A DNA stretch of 64,000 nucleotides from Mobula hypostoma. Taxonomy: Eukaryota. The stretch lies in contig NC_086116.1 in NCBI RefSeq assembly GCF_963921235.1, positions 61,382,001 to 61,446,000 of the forward strand. The letters are read 5' to 3'. Below the pieces are notes generated by a model. It worked only from the letters and a program-made list of their open reading frames with translations, was not told the DNA's origin and did not search any database. Below are positions 25,399-37,609 of this stretch, one piece after another (positions within the stretch are counted from its first letter, which is position 1; each line of letters starts with the position of its first letter). A program made the position numbers and the translations under genes.

Positions 25399-27392
25399 TG
25401 AATTGGATCGGAAGGGTTGGCCATATGCCTTGTGCAAATTACAGATTCCTCCCTCTGATAGAAACGTCCTTTCTTCATTAATGTGCAAATAATTTGGAAG
25501 ATAAGCCATCAACCGCTAAATTAGGGATTTGACTTTGGACCACATTGGTGTTAAATTAAATGTCACAGTGTTGACTGCCAGCATGGAGGTGGGAAGGAAA
25601 AACAGATTAGAAATTGATTGGATCGGAGATGTGATAATGAAGACAGGAGTTAATTCGTTCATTGGAGAGGGCAAGTTATCCTTGACAAATCCTGTCAGAA
25701 TCTCAGGTTGTTAGTGTGCTGGCAGTGCAGCGGAGGTCCAATATTGAAAGTGATAGTTTTGAGCTTTTCCATCAGTGATGTTAATGCCTGCCTGCATATG
25801 TAATTCTCTGTATAGTGAGCACCTAAATTCTGCTAATAAATAACAAAGCCAAAGTTGATGGCCATGTCCACGAGGTTTTCTGACAGGATGTGATCAATTT
25901 AAGTAAAGATATGCCACTTGACTCCAGGTGCAAGGGATTGATATGAATATTGCTTGCCTACTTCTGCCCAGAGTGAGTGTGTCGGATGAATAATTGGACG
26001 TGAGGAGCTGGCAGACTCTATCATTACGATTGGTTGAAATTTGTTTGTTTTATTTCGTACCTTGCACTGCTTTACGTAGGGGGCAAACATGGAGGCACTG
26101 TCTCAGAATAAAGGGACGTCCGTTTGGAACAGAGGTTGTTGAATCTGAGGAATTCGTTACCATAGACGGCAATGAAGGCCAGGTCATTGGGTGCATTTTA
26201 GGACGAGATTGATAGGTTCTTGATTGGTAAGGGGTTCAGGGTTATGGGAGAGAAGGCAGGAGATTGGGATTAAGGAAACTAACTCTTCCATGACTGAATA
26301 GCAGAGCTGTCCCGATGGGATGAATGGCCTAATTCTCTTCCTATATCGTATGGTAAGCACATTCTTCATCTCTGAAGTCTGATTTTAAACCAGGACAATT
26401 ATTACAATTGTCTTGTGTTATGAAGATGATTAAAACAAGATAAAATAAGCATTACCCTCAACCATCAGGTTCCTGGACTGGGGTGGATCACTTCACTCAC
26501 TTCAAGTCTGAACTGATTCCATAACCTACATACTCACTTTCAACACACGTTCTCTGTATTATTTATTTTTCTTTGCACAATTTGTCTTCATTTGCACATT
26601 GGTTGTTTGTCAGTCTTTGGTTATGTATAGTTTTTCATAAATTCTATTGCATTTCTTTATTTTCCTGTAAATACCTGCAAGAAAATGAATCTCAAGGTAG
26701 TAAATGGTTACATATATGTACTTAGATTAATACGTTTGTACATTTATTTTGACTTCGAAGACAAATCCAAAGGGAGTCAAGGCCTTCTGCCCCAACATAT
26801 GTAGCACATCTGATGCCGTTTCACTGCAACATTACAACTTCCTGCAACTCTGCAGGAACGAGTTGAACTTCAGATGTTAGGTTAAAGCCACTTATTTCAG
26901 AGGAAGTACCACTTTAGATCTGACCTTTGCTCCTTCTAAGAGCAATGGACATGGAACGTAGGATAGCTTATTCCCCAGAGTAATAAGCATAAAGATGTAT
27001 GAAGCATTGCGCAGAAGGACACAGATCAGGACAGTGTCATCCCCTTCAGGCTCCTCTCCAAGTCAAATGTCATCCTGACTCAGATGTCGTCTTTCTTCAT
27101 CATTGGGTCAGAGTCATGGGGATTCCCTACCCAGCAATGTGAGTCCAGGAAAGTAACAGCTCAAAATAACCCTCAATAATATCCTCCAAGCCTGATCAGA
27201 AGCATTCAGATCCGGAAAACGTATTGAAAATGTAAAATCTCTTCCTCTGGCAGCTAGTCTATGACTTCCTGCAATGACCCAGACAGGCAGCTGTAATTTG
27301 AGGGAAGACATTCTCCCTGGTGGCTTTCATCCTGCCATCAGTCACCCTCCCTTTCAAGGCATTGTCTTGTTACAAATGTTAAACTGTAAATA

Positions 27393-27722
27393 GGTGGGGT
27401 GGAGATGCGTCTCTACTAAAGGCGCTCTTTCCCTCCGCTAGCCTGCAGGTCAGCCTTGAGCTTGGCGCACGCATCAGGGTCACCTGAAGCCATGGGGGTC
27501 GGCGGCGGATGGTCGTACGAGCAGCTGGTGCATATCACAAGTGCTGGTTATGCGACCAATAATGCCAGGCAACAATCTCTGAAGAGTATTGATAATGGCT
27601 GGGGTCAACAGTCTTGTAAAGACACGGCCCAGAAGAATGAAATGGCAAACCATCTCTGGAGAAAAATTTGCCAAGATCAATCATGGTCATGGAAAGACCA
27701 TGATGATGAGAATGATGATGAT
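27393..27722 (+). mobile_element. Probable RTE-related non-autonomous element with (GAT)n tail
   Basis: CpG-rich island ending in ATGGCAAACCA...GATGATGAT; possible AAATAG duplication at the flanks. Confidence 0.45.
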
Positions 27723-28360
27723 AAAATAGCCCGTGGTAAGATTACAGAGGAAAATAGTGGATCCAGGACTTGTTTTCCTGTGATGTAGGAAGCTGAAGTA
27801 TATAGAATCATACAGAACAGAAGCAGGCCCTTCAGCCCAACTAGTTCGTGCTGACAAAAAATCCCCATCTATGCTGGTTTAATTTGCCAGTAAGTTAGAC
27901 CCATTTACCTACATATTGGTATATAGGATCATGAGGCACATAGATAAGGTGAATGTTCATAGTTTTGGTCACAAGGTAGGAGAGTTTAAAACTGTGCCCA
28001 GTCTGTGAGGCAGATTGTGGACAGAAAAAGGTAAAAGATTGCTTTATTTGTCACACGTGCATTGAAACATCGGAGCATATAGTGAACTGTGTCATTTGTG
28101 TCAATGACTGACACAGTCCAGGATGTGATGGGGACAGCCACCAAATGTCGCCACGCATTCCAGCACCAACACAGCTCGCCCACAATTTACTAATGCGAAC
28201 CTGTGTGTTTTTGGAATGTGGGAGGAAAGGGAGTCTTTCATCCCAGGTTGGACTTGGGTGGTGTTTCCTATAGTGTACCAGGGTCTTGAATCTCCCGTGA
28301 TTCCTCTGGAGTTCTTTGCAGTGAATGACCAACACGGTTGAGACCTGGTCACTGGCATCC

Positions 28361-29090
28361 TGTCACGACCCTGAAGTTGTTCTAGAGCAGTGTAATGCTC
28401 AGTCAGGGTCATGGGTTTGGCAAGCCATGCAGAAAGCATTCTCTGTGAATAGGTTTATTAATCATATATTTACAAAGAGTAAAAATTTGACCAAACATTC
28501 ATGTTCCCCAAGTTACAGACAGTAGAAAGCCGAATACTCAACAGACGTGTGCATTCAGCTAACATACATAGTTAGAAGTGTGCACAGAGCATACCTTCCT
28601 AATGGTTCTTGTCATAAACAAAGGATGAAAAGAGCAAGCCCCTTCCATGAGCTATTTTATATACCCAGGATATTTGAAACTGGACACCAATGGGAAAAGC
28701 AGCTGCAGCTTCTAATCTAACCAATTACAATGGAAGTGACTTTCGACAATCAAAGTAAGGCATGTCCCACAGGACAAGCAGGAATTCCCAACCCGGGGTC
28801 CACGGACCCCTCAGTTAATGGCAGGGGTCGATGACATTAAAAAGGCTGGGAATTCCTGCTCTAGTCATATAATTCTGAGCAACAACCAGACTTGATTGCA
28901 AGCAGCCTTCAAAATGCTAAAGGACGGAAGCCAGTGAATTTAAAAAAGATAATTCTTCTGTGTTCTACAGACTGATGAAGTTTTCTCCTTTTATGAATCC
29001 AGTCATTCAGTGCTACTGGAAGCTGTTTATTCTGAGACAATGGATTTGTTTGTGAGGGAAGGGATACATTCATTGTTGGTCCAGTTTACA
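28361..29090 (-). mobile_element. Probable solo LTR containing a small hAT-like MITE (about 28779-28858)
   Basis: Minus strand runs TGTAAA...GTGACA, with a TATA-like box at about 28660 then AATAAA at about 28455; flanks CATCC/CACCC; MITE has CAGGAATTCCCA...TGGGAATTCCTG inverted termini. Confidence 0.5.
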
Positions 29091-30096
29091 CACCCTGCAG
29101 TTGTAATATGATGAGGTCCACAGAATATGGTGCCTGTTCTTACCAGTTCATCAAGTGATAAGCGGTGCTTGCTGGTTGGGTACGAGTAAGTGTAAACAGA
29201 ACTGGAACACCAAGGATGTTGACTTGGCAGATTTTCTGCTTTATGGTGGTAGAGATTTTTAGATTGTCATTAATGAATCCATCTGCAATTTATAGAGTAC
29301 TTTTGGGCCCCATATCTAAGGAAAGATGTGCTGACTCTGGAGAGGGTTCAGAGGAGGTTCATGAAAATGATCACAAAATTGAAAGGCTTATGAGGAACAT
29401 CTGATATCTTTGGGCCTGTACTCAACTGACTTCAGAAGGATGATAGGGGAATCTCATTGAAGCCTACCAGATAATGAAAGGCCCAGATAAGTGGACAGAA
29501 AGATGTTTTCATTTGTGGGTGAGTCTATGATCTAAGGGCACAGCCTCAGAATAAAGGGCAACCCTTTAAAATTGAGATGAGGAGGAAGTTCTTCAGCCAG
29601 AGGGTGTTGAATCTGTGGACATCATTGCCACAGAGGGCTGAGGAGGCCAAGTCATTGGGTGTATTTAAGGCAGAGATTGATAAGTTCTTGATATGTAAAG
29701 GTGTTAAGGATTCAGAGAGACGATGGGAGAATAGGGTTGAAAAAAATAGGCCATGATTAAGTGGTGGAGCAGAATCAAGGGGCTGAGTAGCCTAATCCTG
29801 CTCCTATGTTTTGTGGTCTTATAAATTTAGGAGCAACTTCTTTATCCAGAGAGTGGTTAGAACACAAAATGCAGATGTTTGAGAGGGAACGCTACAATGG
29901 GGAACATGGAGATTTAATTAGAGATGAGGGAAAAGGATGCGATATGCAGATATAGTATGGTAAAATATGTGACAGGAAGGTAATCGAAGAATGAACAGTT
30001 GGACCACAATCTCTGCTTTTGACCTATGAACTCTACATTTTTGGTAAAATGTGCTTTGAAAAGCATTGTGAAATTAAGTATAAAAGAGGGAATACT

Positions 30097-30545
30097 TGCA
30101 ACATGCTGGAGAAACTCAGCAGATCAGACAGCATCTATGGGGAGGAATAAACAGTCAATGCTTCAAGCTGAGACCCTTCATCAGCACTGGAAAGGAAGGG
30201 GGAAGAAGCCAGAATACAAAGGTGGAGGAGGGATAGAGAAGAAACTGATGGGTGATAGGTGAAACCAGTGGAGGAGGAAGGTGGGTTGGTGGGGGAGGGG
30301 ATGAACTAAGAAACTGGGAGATGATTGGTGGAAAAGGTGAAAGGCTGAAGAAGAAGGAATCTGATAGGAGAAAGGGAAGGAAGAAGGGATCCAGAGGGAG
30401 GTGATGGGCAGGTGGTGAGAAGAGGCGGGGTAAGTGGGGAGCCAGAATGCTGAATGGAAAGAGAAAGGGGAAGGAGAGAAATTAGCATCAGATTGGAGGC
30501 TACCCAGATGGAATTTGAGGTATTGTTCCTCCAACCTGAGAGCAA
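30097..30545 (-). mobile_element. Penelope-like terminal fragment
   Basis: Same family tail, decayed hammerhead at about 30152-30190, and the GGAGGCTACCCAGA...TTCCTCCAACCTGAG segment. Confidence 0.7.
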
Positions 30546-33500
30546 CACTTTCAATGTAAGGCAGTGTAGTGGTACAGCAGCCAGTTTGCTGCAGTAATCC
30601 AGGTCCAGTCCAGGTAGTGTTGCTGTTAGCTGTTACATCTCCGGGTGTTCCAGAATTAGCAGTTAAATTCCCACACCATTCTGTAAGGACTCTGTGGAAT
30701 GCTTGGGTTTGCCCAGGTGCTCCATTTCCCTTCCACAGTCCAAAGATGTACCGGGTACATTAAATGGTCATTATAAATTATCCCATGATTAAATTAGGGT
30801 TAATGGGATTTGTCAGAAGTTGCTGAATCCTGAAGTCCTTGTGCCTTCTTCCTGATGGCAGCAGTGAGAAGAAAGCATGCCCTGAGAGGTGGAGGTCCCT
30901 AATGATGGATGCTGCTTTCCTGCAACAGCACTCCATGCAGATGTGCGTAGTGGTTGGGAGGCTTTACCCGTGATGGACAGGGCCATGTCCACTACTTGGT
31001 GAAGGATTTTCTGTTCAAGGGCATTGGTGATTCCATACCAAGCTGTGATACAGCCAGTCTATATACTTTCCACTAGACATCTAGTCATAGTCATAGTCAT
31101 ATTTTATTGATCCCGGGGGAAATTGGTTTTCATTACAGTTGCACCATAAATAATAAATAGGAATAGAACCATAAATAGTTAAATAACTATAGAAATTTGT
31201 TAAAGTTTTAGGTGTCCTGCCAAATCTCCGGAAACTCCTAAGGAAGTAGAGGCACTGCCATGCTTTCTTCATAATAAATCAATAACTAATTAAACCTTAG
31301 GCTGAGTTTGCACTCCTCCCCTGTGATCATGTGAGTTTCCCGCAGATACCTGTGTTTCCTCCCACATCCCAAAGACATGCTGTTCGGTGGCTAATTGGCT
31401 GCTGTCGACTGTCCCTAGTGTCGGTGGGTGGAAGAGTGGAGTAATGGGCAGGTGAGAGAGAAAAGATTACAGGCAAGTAAGTGTGGAGAAAGGGAGTGAT
31501 AGACTGCTGAGTGCTTGCATAGATTCAGTGGGCTGAATGGTCTCCTCTACTTTAAGAAAGGTTCTGAAATAGGAAGGTAATACTTGAAATAACTTGAGCT
31601 GCAGCTCTGCCAGTGGCTGGAAGATCAGCAGTTCCTGGGAAATGCAATAACTGTCGTCAATTCCCTCCACACTTTCCCACTTGCATTTAGCTGCTATGGC
31701 TCTGACAAAAACCATAACCAAATTAGGTCAATAAGTGTGACATGAAGAATTAGATCTTTACTGAGAGAGAGGGAGATGGATGAGATTCCACATAGGGTGG
31801 TGCTAGTAGACAATGTGCTAATGCAGCCAAAACTATTAACTGTACGAGTAATGTTTGAACAGTGTATACATCAATTGAATCCCAATATTGGATCCGTGCC
31901 TGTAAAGCTCTCAGCAAATTACAGTTGTTGAGCTACCCTCCGCAGAGAATTCAATAGATTCATGAGTGTGTCTTTTTCTTTATGCACAATTCTTCTACAA
32001 CATTAATGGACTCCTGTTAAACATTCTTAAATAAATTTCTCATTTACAGAGCAGGACATACACAGTGAATGATAGCGCCCTGCAAGGTGTTTTTGAAATG
32101 AAGGAGCTTGAGACACAAATATTTAGCTCCTGAAACTGGCATCAAAGATAGACATGGTGGTGAGGAAAGCATAAGACATTCTGGTCTTCAGTGACTGAGT
32201 CTCGGAGTACAAGGGTTGAGGAAGCAGATGGATGGGAGTTGTATGGAGGGCTATGGTTCAGGTGCAGGTTGATGGGACAAGGCAGAATGACAGTAACAGA
32301 TGGGCCAAAGGGCCAGCTTCTGTGTTGTAGTGTTCTATGTTCAAAACATTGGTTGGGGAACACTTGGGAGTATGGTGTCACCACTCTGCAGGAAAGCAGG
32401 GTTTAAGCTGGAGAGGGTACAGAATGGATTCACAAGGACGTTGCTTGGGTCAGAGGGCTTGAGTTAGAAGGGGAGTCTGGATGGGCTGGTCTGATTTCCC
32501 GGGAGTGAAGGGGTCTAGTTAGTGACACGACAGAGCCATGGTACCTCCTATACCTAATAAAGTGGCCACTGAGTGTATGTCCATAGACTTCTGCTGCTGT
32601 AGCCCATCCACTTCAAGGTTTAGCATGTTGTATATTCAGAGAAGCTCTTCTACACACCGCTGTTGTAATGCATGGTTATTTGAGTTACTGTCACCTTCCT
32701 GTCAGCTTGAACTATTCTGTCCATTCTCCACTGCTCTCTCTCATTAACAAAGTGTTTTTGCCCAAAGAACTACTGCTCACTGGATTTTTTTTTTGTGTTT
32801 CGCACCATTCTCTGTAAACGCTAAGACTGTTGTGTGTGAAAATCCCAGGAGCTCAGCAGTTTCTGAGATACTCAGACCATCCTGGGGCTTTATGCTTTGG
32901 CTCTTGGTAGGGTCACCCATGCCAAACAGGTCAAAGGGTAGAGGCCAGACTAAGAGTGGTTCACCAATCCTCCAGGTTCGGGGGTTCAGCTCAGGACTAA
33001 CAACCCCGACTGGTCAAAAATAAGTTGTTACCGAAACAGCAATGAAGAATCCTTCTAGATCTGATTGCGACGATGTTCCTGAGAATCCACCTAGAACTTA
33101 CGTGACTGACAGTCGTGAAAACCGAGAGGAAGCTACTGACACAATGAAGGAAGTCAGAGATGGAGGACCTATATTGCTGCCCGAAATGCCAGGGTAGTGA
33201 GTACCGCTGGCAAATTACCAGATTCCAAAAACGTACAGGTTAGTGGGTGTATGTGGGCAGTGCAGGCTCGTTGGGCTGATAGTGCCTGTTATTGAGTTGT
33301 ATCTCTAACGTAACTAAATAAAATAAAAAGATCAAAAACAAGTGGTCTGAAAGGATGGTGGAGTCAAAAGCCCCATTGCAAAGTGGGCACTAATAAATCA
33401 CAAACTGGGAAGTGAAGTTAATCTAAACAGTCTTACTGGGAAGTATTGACAAGATGGACCAAATGGCCTGCTCTTGGGTCCTAAATCACCATGGTCTGGA

Positions 33501-34939
33501 CAATTGTGAAGAGTTCACACATTGGTTTCTTTTCTCAAAATGTTGTAGTGCAGGATATCGGCAAAATGTTGTGGTGAAGATCGTTAAAGTCAAGGTAAGG
33601 TGTTAACCAGGACATAGAAAGGGGTCAAAAGACTCTCGTTGTTGAAAAGCTCAGAGAGAATAAGTTGGACCAGAAGATGGTGCTGAGTCTAGACCCAGCA
33701 CCAAGGAGGGGGACTTTTTCTCCGTGTACTCTCTCCTTCTTGGTCTCTGAATCCACTTCAGTCTTACCAACCCATATGGTGCAGACTGAGATACTTTATT
33801 AGATGTATGGTTTCTGGCAACAGTATTGATTCTTCATTCTCACAGAATAACTGCCATCTTGTTGACAAATGTGGCTTCTGGAAAGTCTGTAGGGCTTCAT
33901 TTTCCATTGTGGAACCTGGGAGAAGTTAACATAAATTTATTATCAAAGTACATACTGTATACATTACTATATACTACATTGAGATTAATTTTATTGTGGG
34001 CATTTACAGTAAATAAAGAATTATAACAGAATTTTACAAAAAAGCTATACGTAAACAGAGAAAGACTGACATATAACCAATTGACAGAAGAAGACAAACT
34101 GCAAATAAAAAATAATACTGAAATGTTAGTCTGTAGGTCTTGGAATCAGTTCAGGATTGAGGTGAGTGAAGTTATCCGTGCTCATTCAGGAGCCTGATGG
34201 TAGTAGGGTAATAACTATTCCTGAACTTGGGGTGTGTGGGGCCAAAGGGTTCTCTGCCTCCTATCCAGTGGTAGAAGTGAGAAGAGAGCATGGTCTAGAT
34301 GGTGGCCATCCTTGGCGATGGATACTGCATTCTTGTGGCTGCGCTCCATGTCAGTGCACTCAATGGTGGGTAGGACTTTGCCTGTGATGGATTGGGCTGT
34401 GCCCACCACTTGCTGTAGTGCACTTCTTCTAATTTAAATTTGGCTTGAGGTTATCAATATGCATGGTCATCATCTCCTTGCTGGTGGTGGTGCTTGTGCA
34501 TGGAACTGAATCCTAGTGAGCTCCAGAACTTGGTCTCATTAATAATTGGAATTTGCTGTCATGCAGATAGGAATCCACGTCTGGAAATAGCACTCCCTTA
34601 AATGAAGTAAATATACCGGTACTGAAGAAGAGAGTTAGCGATCTGTTCTCTGTTCCAGAGCAGTTCACAGTCTTCCCAGTAAGGTAGCACTGTCTGGCAC
34701 CTGCTTTTATGCAGAAAAATTAAGAAGGATTGTGCCACACTAAATTGTTGACAATAATCCTTACATAGATTATCTGTTGGTGTATGTACAAATGAATCCC
34801 TTGACTAGGCTGCTGATTGGCAGTCTCTTCCAGATATTCATTATTTTCAGTGCAATTAGAACAAAAAGCAAAATCTTTGAGTTGCTTGATGAGTTTTTCA
34901 TCTTTTTTTTCCCTTTTCAAATCCCCCAATCCTCTATAG

Positions 34940-35039
34940 GTGACAGATGGCTCTGTGGTTGCACTGGTTCCCAAGCAAACAACGGCGTACAATGCTGTCA
35001 ATAATTCGACTGTCTCTCGAACCTCAGCCAGCAAATATG
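34940..35039 (+). CDS. PLXNA4: Plexin-A4-like coding exon (VTDGSVVALVPKQTTAYNAVNNSTVSRTSASKY)
   Basis: TAG acceptor, G|GTGAGT donor, 100 nt, in phase; AYNAVNNSTVSRTSASKY matches recalled PLXNA4 rather than A1/A2/A3. Confidence 0.93.
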
Positions 35040-36227
35040 GTGAGTTCTATCAGCCCCATATTGACCACTCCTTCTCCCATTTCACAGCACATCCTAGATG
35101 AAGCTTATCTTCCATTGTCGTCCTTCCCCCTGCCAGTGTGGGCTTGTTGTTGTTTTGGATCAAGAATCAGAGAGCTGATTAACAAGAGAAATGACAGAGG
35201 ATTTATACAAACAGACATTATCCAGTCTAATTAGCTGCTGCCGCTATTTATGCTCTACAATTTTTGTTTTGTTTTGAATACAAGGCTAAGATTTGTTGCC
35301 GCATCATAAATGACCTTCAGCTCAACGGCTTGCAAAGCCATTTCAGAGAGTTCAGCATATAACTGTGGATCTGGAATCAGATATAGGTCAGATCCAGTGA
35401 GCATGGCAGGCAGACGAAGATGATACGTTTTCTCATTTACATTTTATGGTCAATGTTACTTGTTTTCTTTTCCATTAATTCTAGATCTTTGTCTAATTAG
35501 CTGTATTTAATTTATACAAAATTGTGAAGGTATAGATAGGGTAAAGCAGGCTTTTTCCACTGAGGTTGGGTGGGACTACAACCAGGGGTCATAGTTCAAG
35601 GGTGAAATTTCATACGTTTAAGAGGAACATGAGGGGAAACTTCTTCACTCGGAGGGTCGTGAGAGTGTGGAATGAGCTACCAGCACAAATGGTGCATGCA
35701 AGCCCAATTTTAACTCTTAAGCGAAGTTTGGATAGGTACGTGGAAGGTAGGGGTATGGAGGGCTATGGTCCCAGTGCAGGTCGATGGGAATAAGCAGTTT
35801 AAATGGTGTCGGCATGGACTGGATGGGCCAAAAGGCCTCTTTCCATTACTCCATGAATTCCTCAGCTGTTGCATTGGGGTCTGAAGATAAATACTCTGAG
35901 CCTTCTGAGCATGAGTTTGGCCATGTAGCTGTGTACTTCAACGATGAGAGGCATAGACGGAGTAGACAGCAGCACTCTTTACCCAGGGTGGCAGTAGATA
36001 ATATCAGAAGATTTCCTTTTCCAGTGATTGGAGGAAAGTTTAGGGCAGGTGTCAGTTAGGTTTTTTTTACGCAGAAAATGGTGGGTGCCTGGAACACACT
36101 GTTGAGAGTGTTGCTGGAGGCAGATACATTAGGGACATTGAAGGGAATCTTGGACAGGCACATGGATGAAAGAAAGATGGAGGGCCAAGTGGAAGGAAGG
36201 GTTAGATTGATCTTGAAGTTTTTTCAA

Positions 36228-36425
36228 CCACACTCCTAAACTGTGGAACTCAATACCTAAAACTATATGGGATGCAGACACAGCTGACACTTATAAATAC
36301 CAGCTCTCAACCTATTTATTTAACCTTGGTTTTAACTAACATCTTTTTGCCTTGTATTTTCATGTTTGTACTTTTATCCCATTTTAAAGCACTTTGAACT
36401 GCAACATCTGTAAAGTGTGGTGCCT
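36228..36425 (+). mobile_element. L2-clade LINE 3' fragment, same family as 36930-37700, opposite strand
   Basis: CTCCTAAACTGTGGAACTCAATACCTA...TAAAGCACTTTGAACT aligns by eye to the reverse complement of 36988-37187. Confidence 0.7.
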
Positions 36426-36522
36426 TACCATGCTAGAGTCGCTAGATTTACTGACCTCAGAAATCCTGAGCATATGAGAGGGGCTAGTTCAGTACCAGCT
36501 CACATTCCCTTATCTCTTACAG

Positions 36523-36713
36523 AAACCATGATCCGAAACACAGGCAGCCCTGACAGCCTGCGCTCCCGCACCCCAATGATCACTCCTGATCTGGAGACCG
36601 GAGTCAAGATCTGGCATCTGGTCAAGAACCACGAGCATGGGGACCAGAAGGAGGGCGATCGGGGCAGTAAGATGGTGTCTGAGATCTACCTGACACGACT
36701 TCTGGCGACAAAG
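36523..36713 (+). CDS. PLXNA4: Plexin-A4-like coding exon ([64 protein letters not shown])
   Basis: CAG acceptor, AAG|GTAACA donor, 191 nt, in phase; lies within ORF 36417..36731; WHLVK and EIYLTRLL are plexin motifs. Confidence 0.95.
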
Positions 36714-37388
36714 GTAACATACAAAACCTAACGGGGGGGGTGGGGGGGCTATAATTTTAATGTGATTGGAGGAACGCATGGAAGTAAGTTTTTTGACACA
36801 GAGTGGTGGTTGTATGGAACATGCTACAAGGGGCGGTGGTAGTCGCAGATATATGAGGAACATTTAAGAAACTCCTAGGTAGGCACAAGGATGAAAAAAA
36901 TGAAGGGCTTTGTGGGAACAAAGGGTTAGACTGATAATAATAGTAATAGTCACTTCATTTCTAGAGCAGTTTTCATACAGATAAAGGAGTTCAAAGTGCT
37001 TTATAATGGCATAAAATACAAACATGAAAATAAAATACAAAATAAAAACAAAAATAAACATGAAAATAAAAGACAAAAAGATGTGAGTTATAAGCAAGGT
37101 TAGACAGGGTTTGAGCTGGAGTTCAGAAATGTCAGCTGAGTATGCATCCTTTATAGTCCTAGGTATTGAATTCCACAGTTCAGGAGCATAGTTCAAAACC
37201 GATGATCTGCCAATGATCTTTTGAGGGAGACTGTTTAAATTTAAGAGACCGGCAGAAGAAGACCCGAAACCTCGAGTAGGATTATAAAATGAAGCAAATC
37301 TTTGATGTACTCTGGTCCCAGACCATTGAGAGCTTTAAAAACAAGTAAGAGAAATAAAAGATCTGGGAAGCCAATGCAGAATAGTTAG

Positions 37389-37609
37389 CAACACACATCA
37401 AAGTTGCTGGTGAATGCAGCAGGCCAGGCAGCATCTCTAGGAAGAGGTACAGTCGACATTTCAGGCCGAGACTCTTCATCAGGACTAAGGGTCTCGGCCT
37501 GAAACGTCGACTGTACCTCTTCTTAGAGATGCTGCCTGGCCTGCTGCGTTCACCAGCAACTTTGATGTGTGTTGCTTGAATTTCCAGCATCTGCAGAATT
37601 CCTGTTGTT
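37389..37609. mobile_element. Fold-back (inverted) Penelope terminal-repeat insertion with 14-bp TSD
   Basis: Arms about 37389-37475 and 37487-37575 are near-perfect reverse complements; TGCAGAATAGTTAG is duplicated at 37375-37388 and 37610-37623. Confidence 0.88.
37450..37487 (-). ncRNA. Near-intact minimal hammerhead motif
   Basis: Minus strand TAGTC-CTGATGA-AGAGTCTCGGCCT-GAAAT-GTC-GACTG; core boxes intact, stem II and the ACGT palindrome carry substitutions. Confidence 0.6.
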
